Shown: piece after piece, positions 44,300 to 54,819 of the stretch | Layout of the letters: the number at the start of each line of letters is the position of its first letter | How positions within the stretch are numbered: position 1 is the first letter of the stretch | From: an uncultured Candidatus Saccharibacteria bacterium | GTDB taxonomy: Bacteria; Patescibacteriota; Saccharimonadia; CAZBQI01 | NCBI GenBank assembly: GCA_964494105.1 | Contig: CAZBQI010000001.1 | Coordinates: forward strand, 3,126 to 67,125 | Reading direction: 5' to 3' | Length of the DNA: 64,000 nt | Program-made: the position numbers and the translations under genes | Notes under the pieces: generated by a model | What the model was told of the DNA's origin: nothing | Seen by the model: the letters and a program-made list of their open reading frames with translations, nothing else | The model's database searches: none

Positions 44300-45763
44300 A
44301 TGAGTGGTTTTAAGAAAAAGTTAAAAAAAACATTGCCGAACTGGCTATATGCCCCGCTTTTGCCAATTTATCACTATGGGCGAGCGGTTTCGGCCGGTAT
44401 GAAATACGGACATCCCGCTAAAGACCTAAAGGTAATCGGTGTGACCGGGACTAATGGCAAAACGACAACCGCCACCTATATTGCCAGTATTTTGCGAGCA
44501 ACTGGCGCTAAAGTGGGGTTGGCCACAACGGCCCAATTTCAAATTGGAGATGAGACTTGGGATAACGAACTAAATACCACCGTTACCAATCCCTACACAG
44601 TTCAAAAACTACTGCGAAGAATGAAGGACGCCGGGGTTGAATGGGTGGTTATGGAAGTGACGTCGCACGCACTTACCCAGTACCGGGTACATGGAATTCA
44701 GTTTCACACAGCAGTCATGACAAATTTAACGCGTGACCATTTAGATTACCACGGCACTATGGAAAAGTATGCTGCAGCCAAGGCTAGGTTATTAAAAATG
44801 GCTAAATTTGAAGTTGTGCTTAATTACGATGACGATTGGTTTGATTATTTTGCTAAAGCTAGCCACCAGGCGCAATTTACCTACGGAACAAATATTGAAT
44901 GTGACGTCCAGTTACTCAAGGCCAATCTGAGGGCGGATGGTTCAAAGATAATGTTTAAGTATGGCAATAGCGAAGTTGTGGCTAACCTTCACTTGCCTGG
45001 CAAGTTCAACGTTTATAACGCTATGGGTGCGGCTGCTACTGGTTTGGGACTTGAGCTTTCGCCCGAGACGGTAGCCAAGGGGCTCGAAGCACTAGAAGCG
45101 GTGCCCGGCCGGATGGAAAAGATTGATGAGGGCCAAAATTTTGCCGTGGTGGTAGATTACGCACACGATGGTGATGCGTTTCGCAAAGTATTTGAATCAA
45201 TTAAGCCACTAACCAAAGGTAGCTTGATAGCCGTTTTTGGCGGTGAAGGCGAACGCGACCCGGGCCGCTGGAGTGGCATGGGCGAAGCTGCGGGGGAGCT
45301 GTGTGATATTGCCGTAATTACCGACGACGAGCCATTGCATGAAGACCCGTCGAAAATCCGCCAAGCAATTGCTGAAAGCGTAGCTAAGGGCGGTAATGCG
45401 AAGTTATTTGAAATTGCCGATCGATACGAAGCCATTGCCAAGGCCTTTAAGCTCGCCAAGCCGGGAGACACCGTAATGCTACTGGCACTTGGCCACCAAA
45501 AGTTTCGTCTGGTTGGCGACAAACGGTTGCCGTGGGATGACCGCGCTGTTGCGCGTGAGCTTTTGGGTGGCAAGCCAGCCAACTTGCCAGAAATAGAACT
45601 TGAAGAAAAGGTTCCGGTAGAGCTACCAAAAAACGAAGAAAAAGAAACTGATAAAGAAGAAAAATCAGAGTCGCATCATAAGAATCACGAACAAAAATCC
45701 GATGCGAAGGAATCTAAAAAAGAATTATCTGAAGTCGATTCAAGTGTAGAAGATAAGGGTTAG
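44300..45763 (+). CDS. Mur ligase family protein (MurE-like UDP-N-acetylmuramoyl-tripeptide synthetase) with Lys/Glu-rich C-terminal tail
   Basis: VIGVTGTNGKTTTATYIASIL P-loop; TNLTRDHLDYHGTMEKY; DYAHDGDAF. Confidence 0.75.
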   Translation: MSGFKKKLKKTLPNWLYAPLLPIYHYGRAVSAGMKYGHPAKDLKVIGVTGTNGKTTTATYIASILRATGAKVGLATTAQFQIGDETWDNELNTTVTNPYTVQKLLRRMKDAGVEWVVMEVTSHALTQYRVHGIQFHTAVMTNLTRDHLDYHGTMEKYAAAKARLLKMAKFEVVLNYDDDWFDYFAKASHQAQFTYGTNIECDVQLLKANLRADGSKIMFKYGNSEVVANLHLPGKFNVYNAMGAAATGLGLELSPETVAKGLEALEAVPGRMEKIDEGQNFAVVVDYAHDGDAFRKVFESIKPLTKGSLIAVFGGEGERDPGRWSGMGEAAGELCDIAVITDDEPLHEDPSKIRQAIAESVAKGGNAKLFEIADRYEAIAKAFKLAKPGDTVMLLALGHQKFRLVGDKRLPWDDRAVARELLGGKPANLPEIELEEKVPVELPKNEEKETDKEEKSESHHKNHEQKSDAKESKKELSEVDSSVEDKG

Positions 45764-46136
45764 TCTCTATTAAATCACTTTTTATATTGTTTCATTTTAA
45801 TTTGCTACCTTTTGGCCGGACAAAAGGTAGCACCCAAACCGGCGGGCGGTTGATAAAACAGCTATGTATTCATATTTACTCGTCAGCCCGGGTTTCTGCG
45901 GAACTCTGCGCTCAAAGAGCACATCAAACAGTCCTCGAAACTCTGGCTTCTCGTAAATACTCATATATCGGTTTTATCAAAGCCCGAGATTAAATTCCCC
46001 CGAATATAAAGGAGCCAAAGCGACGTCCTATTCGGGCACTTTAGCTACTTTGGTGACAAAGTAGATTTAATAAAAACTAGTCTGCAATTTTTGCTTACAA
46101 AAGTAAGGTTAGAGAAAGAATTGAATAATTTAAGGA

Positions 46137-46913
46137 CTAGAATTCAACGTCGCGGGATTCGCGGTCGAGTTGCCGTAACTTTTTTATAAATTCTTTTCTT
46201 GTCTCGGCGGCGTAGGGGTTGCCACTTTCAATAGTTTCGAAAAGCTCTTTGGTGTGATGAGATTCAAGTTCGGTCAAATGTACAATTTCAGACAGGCCTA
46301 ATACGTTTTTAAAGGTGCCGGTGTCGATATCGCTACGCTCAATGTTCATATTTAGTAGTCCACGCCCGATAAAGAAGGTAAGCGAGTGAATAATGGCCAT
46401 TTTTCTATCGTGAGTATCCGGGTCCATTTCAATGACGTTAAGCTTGAGCTTTTCAGATAGGAATTGTTTGATGTCATTATAAAAGCTAGGGTCGTTAAAA
46501 CGCACCGGATGCACTACTATCGGCTGGCCATCTAGTCCGCTTGAGGCGCTTTGGGGGCCAAATATCGGATGAGTTGCCATAATCTGCACGTGCCTGGGCA
46601 AGCCCTTTAGCAGCATTTCAATTGGCTTCACCTTGACCGAGCAAATGTCTACAACAAGACTGCCCGGTGCAAGATATGGGTAAACATTTCGTAGCCAATC
46701 TTTATATGATCCAAGCGGAATAGCTGGAATGACGATGTCACATTCGGCGGCGGCTTTAAACGACTCTACCTGAACATGATCAGGTAAATTGAGTTCGCTC
46801 GGGTCTTTGGTGGTTGCGAGTTTGATATCTAGGTATGGTGCCAGTTGTTCGACTAAAAGTGCTCCGAAACTACCATAACCATGTATGCCAACTGACATTA
46901 TTTTTGACTTCAC
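46137..46913 (-). CDS. tyrA: Prephenate/arogenate dehydrogenase (TyrA family)
   Basis: 258 aa; N-terminal Rossmann MSVGIHGYGSFGALLVEQL; His-containing dimerisation/catalytic region. Confidence 0.65.
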   Translation of the reverse strand: MKSKIMSVGIHGYGSFGALLVEQLAPYLDIKLATTKDPSELNLPDHVQVESFKAAAECDIVIPAIPLGSYKDWLRNVYPYLAPGSLVVDICSVKVKPIEMLLKGLPRHVQIMATHPIFGPQSASSGLDGQPIVVHPVRFNDPSFYNDIKQFLSEKLKLNVIEMDPDTHDRKMAIIHSLTFFIGRGLLNMNIERSDIDTGTFKNVLGLSEIVHLTELESHHTKELFETIESGNPYAAETRKEFIKKLRQLDRESRDVEF

Positions 46914-47010
46914 CCGGCTATTTTAACATTTGTTGCACGCGGTAGTCAGTGTTGCAAAGTTAGCTTATCGCAATTTAAATAATTGCCTGCAACTTCTACT
47001 ACCAGGTACA

Positions 47011-48450
47011 ATGAAATTGATGCAAGTTAACCCGAATATTTTTCGAGCGTATGACCTAAGGGGGTTAGTAGGCAAAGAGCTTTCGCCGGAACTCTCCGAA
47101 CACCTAGGCAAAGCTTTTGGCACCATGCTCAAGCGCGACGGCATTCATGAAGCGGTGGTGGGGCGTGATTCTCGTGAAACCGGCCCCGAGTACAGCGAGC
47201 GTTTGATAAAAGGACTATCGTGGGCAGGTATTGATGTAGTAGACATTGGTATGACCATGGTCGGCACATTTTATTGGTCTCAGCATTTTCTAAAGCGTCG
47301 TGGCGGTGTATACGTTAGTGCTTCGCATAATCCACCGGAATATAACGGCTATAAATTTGCCAACGACTATTCTGAGACTTTAGTGAGCGAAGGCATGCGC
47401 GAACTACGGCGCTTGGTTGAAACTGAACAGTACGAACAAGGCGAAAAAGAAGGGCAAGTAACCCAAAAGGACATCTTGCCAGATTATTCTGCTGACTTAG
47501 TAAAACGGCTACCGCTAGAGCGAAAGCTAAAAGTGCTAGTTGATGGCTCGAACACGGTTGGTGGGCAAATAGTGCCATACATTCTAAATGCGGCCGGGGC
47601 TGAAGTTGTAGAAAGACATACCAATGTGGACCCAGCCTTTCCGCTAGGAGTAGCTAACCCCATAGAAGATAAGGTAATGGAGCGAGTATCTAAGGAAACA
47701 CTTGGTGCCGGGGCAGACATTGGTTCTACCTACGACGCCGACGGCGACCGCATCGGAATTGTTGACGAAAAAGGCAATAAAATACTGAACGACGTATTAG
47801 TGGCATTGATGGCAGTAGACGTTTTAGCTGATCACCCCGGTGCTACCATAATGTTTAATACGCTTTGTTCCAAAGTTGTGAGCGAAACTATTTTAGCTAA
47901 CGGCGGCAAACCATTTATGTGGCGTACGGGGCACTCTTTCTTAAAGAAAAAGAATCAAGAAATAAAGGCAGCCTACATTGGTGAATTGAGTGGTCACTTC
48001 TTTTTCTCGGCTGATTTTTATAATCATGACGACGGAGCTTATTCCACCATGCGAGTTTTGCGCTTTTTGAGCCGTAATAAAAAGCCATTAAGCGAACTGA
48101 TAGCCGAGCTCCCTCACTATATTTCGAGCCCGGAGATTAGTGTGTATTGTGCCGACGAAAAGAAGGCCGAGCTAATGAGTAAGATTGCCCCAATACTGAA
48201 AAAGGATTTCCCTGAGGCGGAGATTATTGACGACGAGCGAGCGGGTGACGGCGTGCGCCTAGAGATGCCAAATCGGATGTTTATTGTGCGTTACTCACAG
48301 AATGGTCCATATATAACCATGAAATTCGAAGCTAAAACGCAAGCAGACTACGATAAGTTGAGAACGTACATTCTAGATTTGCTCAAACAGTTCGAAGAGA
48401 TCGACTGGGAAAACGATATCAATACAAATTTGGAGTATTTACAAGGCTAA
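47011..48450 (+). CDS. Phosphoglucomutase/phosphomannomutase family (start likely MKLMQVNPNIFRAYDLRG)
   Basis: Active-site Ser motif SASHNPPEYNGYKF; Mg-binding DADGDR. Confidence 0.88.
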   Translation: MKLMQVNPNIFRAYDLRGLVGKELSPELSEHLGKAFGTMLKRDGIHEAVVGRDSRETGPEYSERLIKGLSWAGIDVVDIGMTMVGTFYWSQHFLKRRGGVYVSASHNPPEYNGYKFANDYSETLVSEGMRELRRLVETEQYEQGEKEGQVTQKDILPDYSADLVKRLPLERKLKVLVDGSNTVGGQIVPYILNAAGAEVVERHTNVDPAFPLGVANPIEDKVMERVSKETLGAGADIGSTYDADGDRIGIVDEKGNKILNDVLVALMAVDVLADHPGATIMFNTLCSKVVSETILANGGKPFMWRTGHSFLKKKNQEIKAAYIGELSGHFFFSADFYNHDDGAYSTMRVLRFLSRNKKPLSELIAELPHYISSPEISVYCADEKKAELMSKIAPILKKDFPEAEIIDDERAGDGVRLEMPNRMFIVRYSQNGPYITMKFEAKTQADYDKLRTYILDLLKQFEEIDWENDINTNLEYLQG

Positions 48451-48504
48451 GTGCGCTTGCAAAAGTATTGCAAATAATAACAAAAAGTGCTATAATAGGC
48501 ACTT

Positions 48505-49161
48505 ATGACAGAATTATCAGAAATTGCACCACAACTTTCAGAGGAACTATTTCCCCAGTTTGAGTTTCCGATTGGCAAATTTCATACGTCTGCGAGGTGG
48601 TTATTTGATAATGTAGAGCAAATACCCTCTGAGGTTTTAGTTGAACTAGGAATATCACACACTGTCGATGATGGAATTGAGACTTTGAGTCTAGCCGCCA
48701 ATTTACCATACGAAAGCTATGGCAGATTAACATTCAGTGATTTGCCGAGGGTAGATAAATCACCAGATGCTGTAAAAATACCAGGAATGATTAAGGTAAG
48801 TCGTCCAGCTGGCGCCAATGACTTAAGTACGCTTCTAATTGATATCCGACGTCAAGATGGCGAACCAATGCCGACGGTACGATTTGAGCCAGTAGGTGAT
48901 GAAGCAATACACGCACTTGTGGTAGTGCGTGACGGGAAATTAATGCAAGTAGGCGCGCTTAACAAAAATGATGTACCGATACCGGTTGAATTCGATTGGC
49001 AAGATCCAAAGGCTGTTTTAGTTGGTGTGGGTACACTGTTTATGAAGCGTCAGCGTCAAATCGGTGAAGATTCGCGGGTGCCATTAAGTGTGCAAAAATC
49101 AGTATTTGATGGTAAGGGTAGAGTTGCCGGACTTAAGGTCAGGGATAGTCAGAGTGGCTAA
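48505..49161 (+). CDS. Hypothetical protein
   Basis: 218-aa ORF; translationally coupled to the next gene. Confidence 0.45.
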   Translation: MTELSEIAPQLSEELFPQFEFPIGKFHTSARWLFDNVEQIPSEVLVELGISHTVDDGIETLSLAANLPYESYGRLTFSDLPRVDKSPDAVKIPGMIKVSRPAGANDLSTLLIDIRRQDGEPMPTVRFEPVGDEAIHALVVVRDGKLMQVGALNKNDVPIPVEFDWQDPKAVLVGVGTLFMKRQRQIGEDSRVPLSVQKSVFDGKGRVAGLKVRDSQSG

Positions 49162-49681
49162 TTCTCAGCACGTGCCAGTTGCATTCACGACAAACAATGA
49201 ACATGCAGCAGCCAAATTGAGTACAGAATTTCGTAATTTAGAGCTAGACCCAGATACGAGCACTGTGTTGTATGGTGAGTTTCGGCCGAGGGGCTTACTG
49301 GAAGTGATTCACCGCGTCAAAGCAAAAATAGCTAAACAGCCGGAAGTTCAGCTTTACCCGCTTCAGCCAAAGGACGGGGTTGTACCGCTGGGAGCGTTGG
49401 CAATTGACACCGGATGGTATAAAGATGACACGATGGCTGGCAAAAATATGGAGCGCAACCTACTAAAGCTGAGTGAGACTAGTAAGGGTTTGGCCGTAAT
49501 CGACGAGGACGGAATTATTATTGGTTTTGATGCATTGGCACTTTATGATTTAAGCGAGGCTATTCATGATGGCGTGCCTGTGGCCGGTATTAATAGGAGT
49601 GTAAAAGTAATTGACGATTACTTAAGTAGAACTCCGCTTGGCGAAGAGTCGCTAGCACACCAGTTTGCATTATTGGAATAG
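49154..49681 (+). CDS. Hypothetical protein (GTG start overlapping upstream stop in GTGGCTAA; AGGGA RBS at 49142-49146)
   Basis: ORF-track 49088 start would overlap the upstream gene by 74 nt; GTG at 49154 gives a 4-nt overlap. Confidence 0.4.
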   Translation: MANSQHVPVAFTTNNEHAAAKLSTEFRNLELDPDTSTVLYGEFRPRGLLEVIHRVKAKIAKQPEVQLYPLQPKDGVVPLGALAIDTGWYKDDTMAGKNMERNLLKLSETSKGLAVIDEDGIIIGFDALALYDLSEAIHDGVPVAGINRSVKVIDDYLSRTPLGEESLAHQFALLE

Positions 49682-49731
49682 AATTGACCGATAAGTAAAA
49701 AGACTAAATTAGCCAGCTAGACAGATTATAT

Positions 49732-50304
49732 TTATGCAGTTTGTATCGTTGTTGCGCTGTCAATTTGGCTTGCTTGATAAGTTATTTCCGCGTCCCACAA
49801 AACTTGCAAAACGGCCCCGTATACGTACGTTGCTTTAGGGATTGCCTCTCCCTCTTTCTTCATCAGCAATTCGTAAGGAATTGGGTTGGCCATGTTGTGC
49901 ATGACATCAGCTATTTTTGTCCGGCGAGCCAGAGTATTGGTGCTTAGCCGATTTATATAAGAGAAATACTCTTCGCGCGTGCCTTGGCCATCGATGTCTT
50001 CTCTTCGCGTAAGACAGTCAAGCGCATCCAGCACCTCTGTAGATACACCAATATCTTTTAACCAGCCTATGTATTCGCTGGGTTTTTTGTGATGCTCGGG
50101 CGCATCGTGTAGTAGTGAAGTTGCAGTAATCAATTCCGCTTCTTCTGGCGTAAATAAATCTCCAAAAAGCCCCGATGCAATCCTGGCTACTTCCTCGACG
50201 TGGGTAATGTAGGGAGTACCCGAAAGTCGCTCTTGACCGTCATGGGCTATATTGGCAATAGCATGTGCCCGCTCAACTTGGGGTGGCGTAAAAGTTCGCC
50301 TCAT
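49732..50304 (-). CDS. Small HD-domain hydrolase related to the RelA/SpoT (p)ppGpp hydrolase domain
   Basis: 190 aa; GTPYITHVEEVARI...LLHDAPEH resembles the SpoT HD motif (YITHPLEVA...LLHDvvED). Confidence 0.65.
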   Translation of the reverse strand: MRRTFTPPQVERAHAIANIAHDGQERLSGTPYITHVEEVARIASGLFGDLFTPEEAELITATSLLHDAPEHHKKPSEYIGWLKDIGVSTEVLDALDCLTRREDIDGQGTREEYFSYINRLSTNTLARRTKIADVMHNMANPIPYELLMKKEGEAIPKATYVYGAVLQVLWDAEITYQASQIDSATTIQTA

Positions 50305-50369
50305 AAGGGCACCTTTCTTAATTAATTATATAATTATACAATAAGTAAGATTTGTCAATTCAATAGATA

Positions 50370-50398
50370 TTGACACAAAACTCTTAGCTAGCTAGTAT
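50370..50398 (+). promoter_or_regulatory. Sigma70-like promoter of groES-groEL (TTGACA 50370-50375, 17-nt spacer, TAGTAT 50393-50398)
   Basis: Read directly. Confidence 0.55.
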
Positions 50399-50409
50399 AT
50401 TTATACAAA

Positions 50410-50436
50410 TTAGCACTTCGCACGGTAGAGTGCTAA
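50410..50436 (+). promoter_or_regulatory. CIRCE element (HrcA operator) TTAGCACTT-N9-GAGTGCTAA between the groES promoter and RBS
   Basis: 8/9 + 9/9 match to the TTAGCACTC-N9-GAGTGCTAA consensus. Confidence 0.85.
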
Positions 50437-50473
50437 AATATTCATAAGATAAATTGTAAATGAAGGAGTTAAA

Positions 50474-50731
50474 GTGAGTAAAATTCACCCATTAGCTGAC
50501 CGCATTGTGGCTGAACCACTAGAGGCCAGCGACAAAACAAGTTCTGGTATTTATTTGCCAAGCGACGCTAAGGAACAGCCAAAATTGGCAAAAGTCGTAG
50601 CAGTTGGCAAAGAAGTAAAGGAAATCAAAATTGGCGATACTATATTGCACAGTGAATACTCTACAAGCAAGGTCGAAGGCCGAGAGTATGTAATTGCCAA
50701 AGAAAAAGAAATATTAGCGGTAGTTAAATAA
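50474..50731 (+). CDS. groES: Co-chaperonin GroES (GTG start, GAAGGAG RBS)
   Basis: 85 aa; MSKIHPLADRIVAEPLEASDKTSSGIYLP mobile-loop region. Confidence 0.9.
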   Translation: MSKIHPLADRIVAEPLEASDKTSSGIYLPSDAKEQPKLAKVVAVGKEVKEIKIGDTILHSEYSTSKVEGREYVIAKEKEILAVVK

Positions 50732-50736
50732 GGAGA

Positions 50737-52410
50737 TTGCAAATGGCTGGAAAGAAGATCTTTTATAACGATGATGCTCGCAAGCGAGTACTCGAGGGTG
50801 CCGAGGCACTGTACAATGCAGTAAAAGTAACAATGGGCCCCAAGGGTCGAAACGTTATTATCAACAAAAGCTATGGCAGTCCTACGGTTAGCCATGATGG
50901 CGTAACCGTGGCTAAGGCTGTAGAAATTGAACAAAAAGACGATGAAAAATTAGGCCAAAGTGTTGGGGCAGAGCTAGTAAAGCAGGCTGCCAGCAAAATG
51001 AACGACGTAGCAGGCGATGGTACAACTACCGTAACAGTACTGACATATCATATCTTGGCCGAAGCGAACCGCTTAATTGCTGCCGGACATAATCCGATGG
51101 ATTTGCGCCGTGGTTTAGACCAGGCAGCCAAGCACGTCATGACTAAAATTGGTGGACTAACCGAACAAGTTGGTAACAACAAATCGCGAGTTGCCGAAGT
51201 TGCCACCATTTCGTCTGGTGACAAGCAGATTGGTGAGCTGATTGCTGATGTTATCGATAAGGTTGGAAAAGAAGGCGTTGTAACTGTCGAAGAGTCACAA
51301 GGGCTCGAAATGGAAAGCGAAGTAGTAGAAGGCTTTACGATGGACCGCGGGTTCGTTTCGCCCTACATGGTAACTGATGCTGCCCGCATGGAAGCCGTTT
51401 ATGATAAGCCATTAATCTTGGTAACCGATAAAAAGATTTCAAGTGTCCAAGAGTTTTTGCCGATTCTAGAAAAAGCTGCTCAAAGTGGCAAGAAGGATTT
51501 GGTAATAATTGCCGAAGACGTAGAGGGCGAGGCACTGGCTACCTTAATTTTGAATAAGCTCAAAGGCGTATTCAACGCACTGGCAGTGAAGGCTCCGGCC
51601 TTTGGCGATAGGCGCAAAGAGATGCTAGAAGACATTGCCATCTTAACTGGTGCAACATTGATCTCGGAAGAGCGTGGTGAGAGTTTTGAAAACGCCGACC
51701 TTAGCGCGCTTGGAACAGCTCGAAAGCTGATTGCCGACAAAGACAACACGACCATTATTGAAGGCGCCGGCCAAAAGAGCGAGATTGAAGCTCGAATGGC
51801 TCAGATTCGTAAGCAAATCGAAACTGCAACCAGTGAATACGACAAAGAAAACCTTGAAAAGCGCCTAGCTGCTCTGCAGGGCAAAGTGGCTGTAATCCGT
51901 GTTGGTGGTGCTAGTGAAACTGAGATCGAAGAAAAGAAATTCCGCGTCGATGACGCCGTAGCTGCTACTAAAGCGGCAGTTGCCGAAGGCATTGTAGCCG
52001 GTGGTGCAGTTACGCTTGTAGACCTAGCGAGGTTAATAACACCGGAATCTCAAACCGGAAGCAGTGAAGCTGCCGGATGGTCGCTTCTTCACAATGCGCT
52101 ACTACAGCCATTTAAGCAGTTAATGGACAACTCTGGGCTAAACGCCGAAGAGAAATTGGCCAAGGTGCTTGAAAGCAAGAAAAATGGCCAGGGATTTGAC
52201 GTAAATAACCCCGGCGTTTTAGTGGCCTTGAAAGATAAGGGTATTATTGACCCGGCCAAAGTTATAAAAGAAGCGATTCAAAATGCCGTATCGGTCGCGG
52301 GTACTGCCATGACCATGGGTGGTCTAATAGTTGACCTACCCGAAGAGCCGTCAGCCGCCGGTGGTGGTATGCCAGGTGGTGGTATGGGTGGAATGGGCAT
52401 GGGAATGTAG
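50737..52410 (+). CDS. groEL: Chaperonin GroEL
   Basis: 557 aa; [18 protein letters not shown]; C-terminal GGM repeat [16 protein letters not shown]. Confidence 0.95.
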   Translation: MQMAGKKIFYNDDARKRVLEGAEALYNAVKVTMGPKGRNVIINKSYGSPTVSHDGVTVAKAVEIEQKDDEKLGQSVGAELVKQAASKMNDVAGDGTTTVTVLTYHILAEANRLIAAGHNPMDLRRGLDQAAKHVMTKIGGLTEQVGNNKSRVAEVATISSGDKQIGELIADVIDKVGKEGVVTVEESQGLEMESEVVEGFTMDRGFVSPYMVTDAARMEAVYDKPLILVTDKKISSVQEFLPILEKAAQSGKKDLVIIAEDVEGEALATLILNKLKGVFNALAVKAPAFGDRRKEMLEDIAILTGATLISEERGESFENADLSALGTARKLIADKDNTTIIEGAGQKSEIEARMAQIRKQIETATSEYDKENLEKRLAALQGKVAVIRVGGASETEIEEKKFRVDDAVAATKAAVAEGIVAGGAVTLVDLARLITPESQTGSSEAAGWSLLHNALLQPFKQLMDNSGLNAEEKLAKVLESKKNGQGFDVNNPGVLVALKDKGIIDPAKVIKEAIQNAVSVAGTAMTMGGLIVDLPEEPSAAGGGMPGGGMGGMGMGM

Positions 52411-52485
52411 CCCAGCAAAAATAAAGAAATGCCTGCTTGCCGGCAGGCAGGGCTCCACCTATTCGACAGGCTCAAGGCAAGCCTA

Positions 52486-52521
52486 TAAAAAACCCCGGCC
52501 AAAATAGCCGGGGTTTTTTTT
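52486..52521. terminator. Bidirectional rho-independent terminator after groEL
   Basis: aaaaaaccccggccaaaatagccggggtttttttt. Confidence 0.85.
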
Positions 52522-52536
52522 GCGATAAGCTAGGTG

Positions 52537-53223
52537 TTATTTAGAGCTACCGTCTACAACTGCCCTGAGGGCGGAAACCTTTTTGTCGATCTCTTCTTTG
52601 CGCGCCTTGTGGCCGTCAATTTCTGTTTGAAGCTCTTTAATTTTCTCTTCGCTATTGTTTATTTCGGTATCTAGACCCTCGGCCTCATTTGCAAGCCGCG
52701 TAATCAGGTCGTTAACTTCACGGTCAACATCTTCTACTACTTCGTTGTTACTAGGTTCACTAACAGGTTCGGGTTCGTCAGGGGAATCCATTGCTGGTTC
52801 CTCATCTTTTTCTGGTTCTTCATCTGTTTTGATGTCGATTGTAGCGGGGGAATCTTCTTCTTTGGGTTCGTCATTTACAGCGGTTAGCTCTTCTTCGTGC
52901 TCATTATTGTCGCTTAGTACGTCGTCGTGAATTACCGGCTCTACTGAATCGGTAGCTTCTTCGTCGTCTTGATGAGGATGAATAATGGTAGGGCCATCAC
53001 CACTAAGGGTTGTTGAAGGATCATCGGCAGTAATGTCGTCCATGTTGGGCTGGTCGGTGCCATTAGTAGTAGCACCGGCTTGACCCTCGGGGATGTCGAC
53101 ATCCTCTAATAGGTCCTTGATGTTCTCTTCTTTGCCGGCTACGTCATTATGTTCGTCTTGATCATCTACCGCTGGGTCAGTAGTAGGTTGTGCGGGTGTT
53201 TTGTTTCTTCCAAATAATGCCAT
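52537..53223 (-). CDS. Highly acidic hypothetical protein with C-terminal coiled coil (start probably MALFGRNK)
   Basis: Asp/Glu-rich low complexity; heptad-like C-terminus (LITRLANEAEGLDTEINNSEEKIKELQTEIDGHKARKEEIDKKV). Confidence 0.45.
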   Translation of the reverse strand: MALFGRNKTPAQPTTDPAVDDQDEHNDVAGKEENIKDLLEDVDIPEGQAGATTNGTDQPNMDDITADDPSTTLSGDGPTIIHPHQDDEEATDSVEPVIHDDVLSDNNEHEEELTAVNDEPKEEDSPATIDIKTDEEPEKDEEPAMDSPDEPEPVSEPSNNEVVEDVDREVNDLITRLANEAEGLDTEINNSEEKIKELQTEIDGHKARKEEIDKKVSALRAVVDGSSK

Positions 53224-53369
53224 GCATATACTATAACAAAGCTTATGTTTATTAGTCACTACCTTTTTTGGTTTTTTGCCTAATATTGACTAAATATGGG
53301 TTGACTATGAAGCAAGTGCAAGTTAAAAATACAGATAGAACATCAATAATAATCTAAACAAGGAAATAC

Positions 53370-53702
53370 ATGGCAAGTACCGATGCAATTCCGAACCCAA
53401 GTGACGAACTGGGAGGGTTGCTATCTGTTGATGGTGCAAGCGCCACCCCGCCATCAGAAATTATCGAAGCTGCGCAAGCAGTTCTAGGATATAGCATATC
53501 TCATGGATCTGAAGAAGCGGAAGACATAGCCTGGGGTTTAGTCGTGAGTGAATTAGTTAGGGCTGATACACCCGATCCAGACCACACAGAACGGATAGCT
53601 CTTAGGGCTGATGGCGCGATGAGTAGTTATCTTGGTCTTATAATGGCGTCACGCTTTGAAAGGTTTGTTATTATCGACCCTGCAGCGCGTTATGCTGATT
53701 AA
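53370..53702 (+). CDS. Hypothetical protein
   Basis: 110-aa ORF. Confidence 0.35.
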   Translation: MASTDAIPNPSDELGGLLSVDGASATPPSEIIEAAQAVLGYSISHGSEEAEDIAWGLVVSELVRADTPDPDHTERIALRADGAMSSYLGLIMASRFERFVIIDPAARYAD

Positions 53703-53733
53703 AAATAGTAAAAATTTAGTATACTAAAGCCTA

Positions 53734-54768
53734 GTGTTAGACGATCTTAATTATATTGCTCAAAAAGACCCTACAGATGCATTAGCTTTAGCAGCTGAGC
53801 TGCCTAAGCAACTTCTTTATAGTGATTTCGAATTTAATCCCACTGATATAGATCAGATTGAAAATATAGTGGTTGCAGGAATGGGTGGCTCTGCACTGAC
53901 AGCCATGATTTGCCAAGCCTGGTGGGCAAGCCGGCTAGGCGTACCTTACGAAATCGTTCGTGGCTATGATTTACCAAAGTATGTTGGCAAAAGCACATTG
54001 GTAATTGCCTCTAGCTACTCGGGTAATACCGAAGAAACCGTTGCTTGCTTTAATCAAGCTCAAAGCCTGGGCGCTACTATTGTAGTAATTTCTGCCGGCG
54101 GTAAATTGAAAGAACTTGCCACACAGCATGGTCACAACTTCTTGCCGTTACCGGCTGGTTATCAGCCACGTATGACAATCGGGCTAAGTTTGTCAGTTTT
54201 TGCCCGTGTATTTGAAAAGCTTGGATTGGTGTCTGGCGTAGTGAGCGAACTAGAACAAGCCTCAAAATTACTGGAATCGTACACTAGCAAATGGTCAAAA
54301 GAGGTAAAAACTGCCGAGAACCCAGCTAAACACCTTGCCGAAGAACTTATGGGTAAAAGTATGGTTATCTACGCTGGGCCAACGCTCACCCCGGCTGCCT
54401 ATAAAATGAAAGCCGGATTTAACGAAAGCGCGCGCAATGTGGCTTTTTGGAATATGTTGCCAGAAATGAATCACCAGGAACTTATGGGCTGGACATCGCA
54501 CCCCATAGATAAGCCATTTGGGGTGATCGAGCTGCGTTCTAGCCTCGACCACGAGCGAGTCAATAAGCGGTTTGAGGTAATGAATAAACTACTTTCTGGG
54601 CGAATGCCCAGGCCATTCGAGGTCCAGGTTGAAGGTAAAAACTTAATTGAGCAAAATTTGTGGGCGATTATGTTTGGTGATTTTGTTAGCACTTATTTAG
54701 GCATCCTAAATGGCGTAAACCCAAATACATCAGAGACCATCGAGAAGTTTAAGAAAGAACTTGGATGA
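53734..54768 (+). CDS. SIS-domain bifunctional phosphoglucose/phosphomannose isomerase
   Basis: 344 aa; IVVAGMGGSALTAMI and VIASSYSGNTEET SIS motifs. Confidence 0.75.
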   Translation: MLDDLNYIAQKDPTDALALAAELPKQLLYSDFEFNPTDIDQIENIVVAGMGGSALTAMICQAWWASRLGVPYEIVRGYDLPKYVGKSTLVIASSYSGNTEETVACFNQAQSLGATIVVISAGGKLKELATQHGHNFLPLPAGYQPRMTIGLSLSVFARVFEKLGLVSGVVSELEQASKLLESYTSKWSKEVKTAENPAKHLAEELMGKSMVIYAGPTLTPAAYKMKAGFNESARNVAFWNMLPEMNHQELMGWTSHPIDKPFGVIELRSSLDHERVNKRFEVMNKLLSGRMPRPFEVQVEGKNLIEQNLWAIMFGDFVSTYLGILNGVNPNTSETIEKFKKELG

Positions 54769-54819
54769 GTCCCGTTAGAAATAAACAATTTTATGTTCAA
54801 TTATTAGGTTTTCACTCAA

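Noticed and set aside
45787-45993. 68-aa ORF in the MurE-tyrA gap
   Set aside because: No RBS, composition atypical, overlaps a strong hairpin; more likely non-coding.
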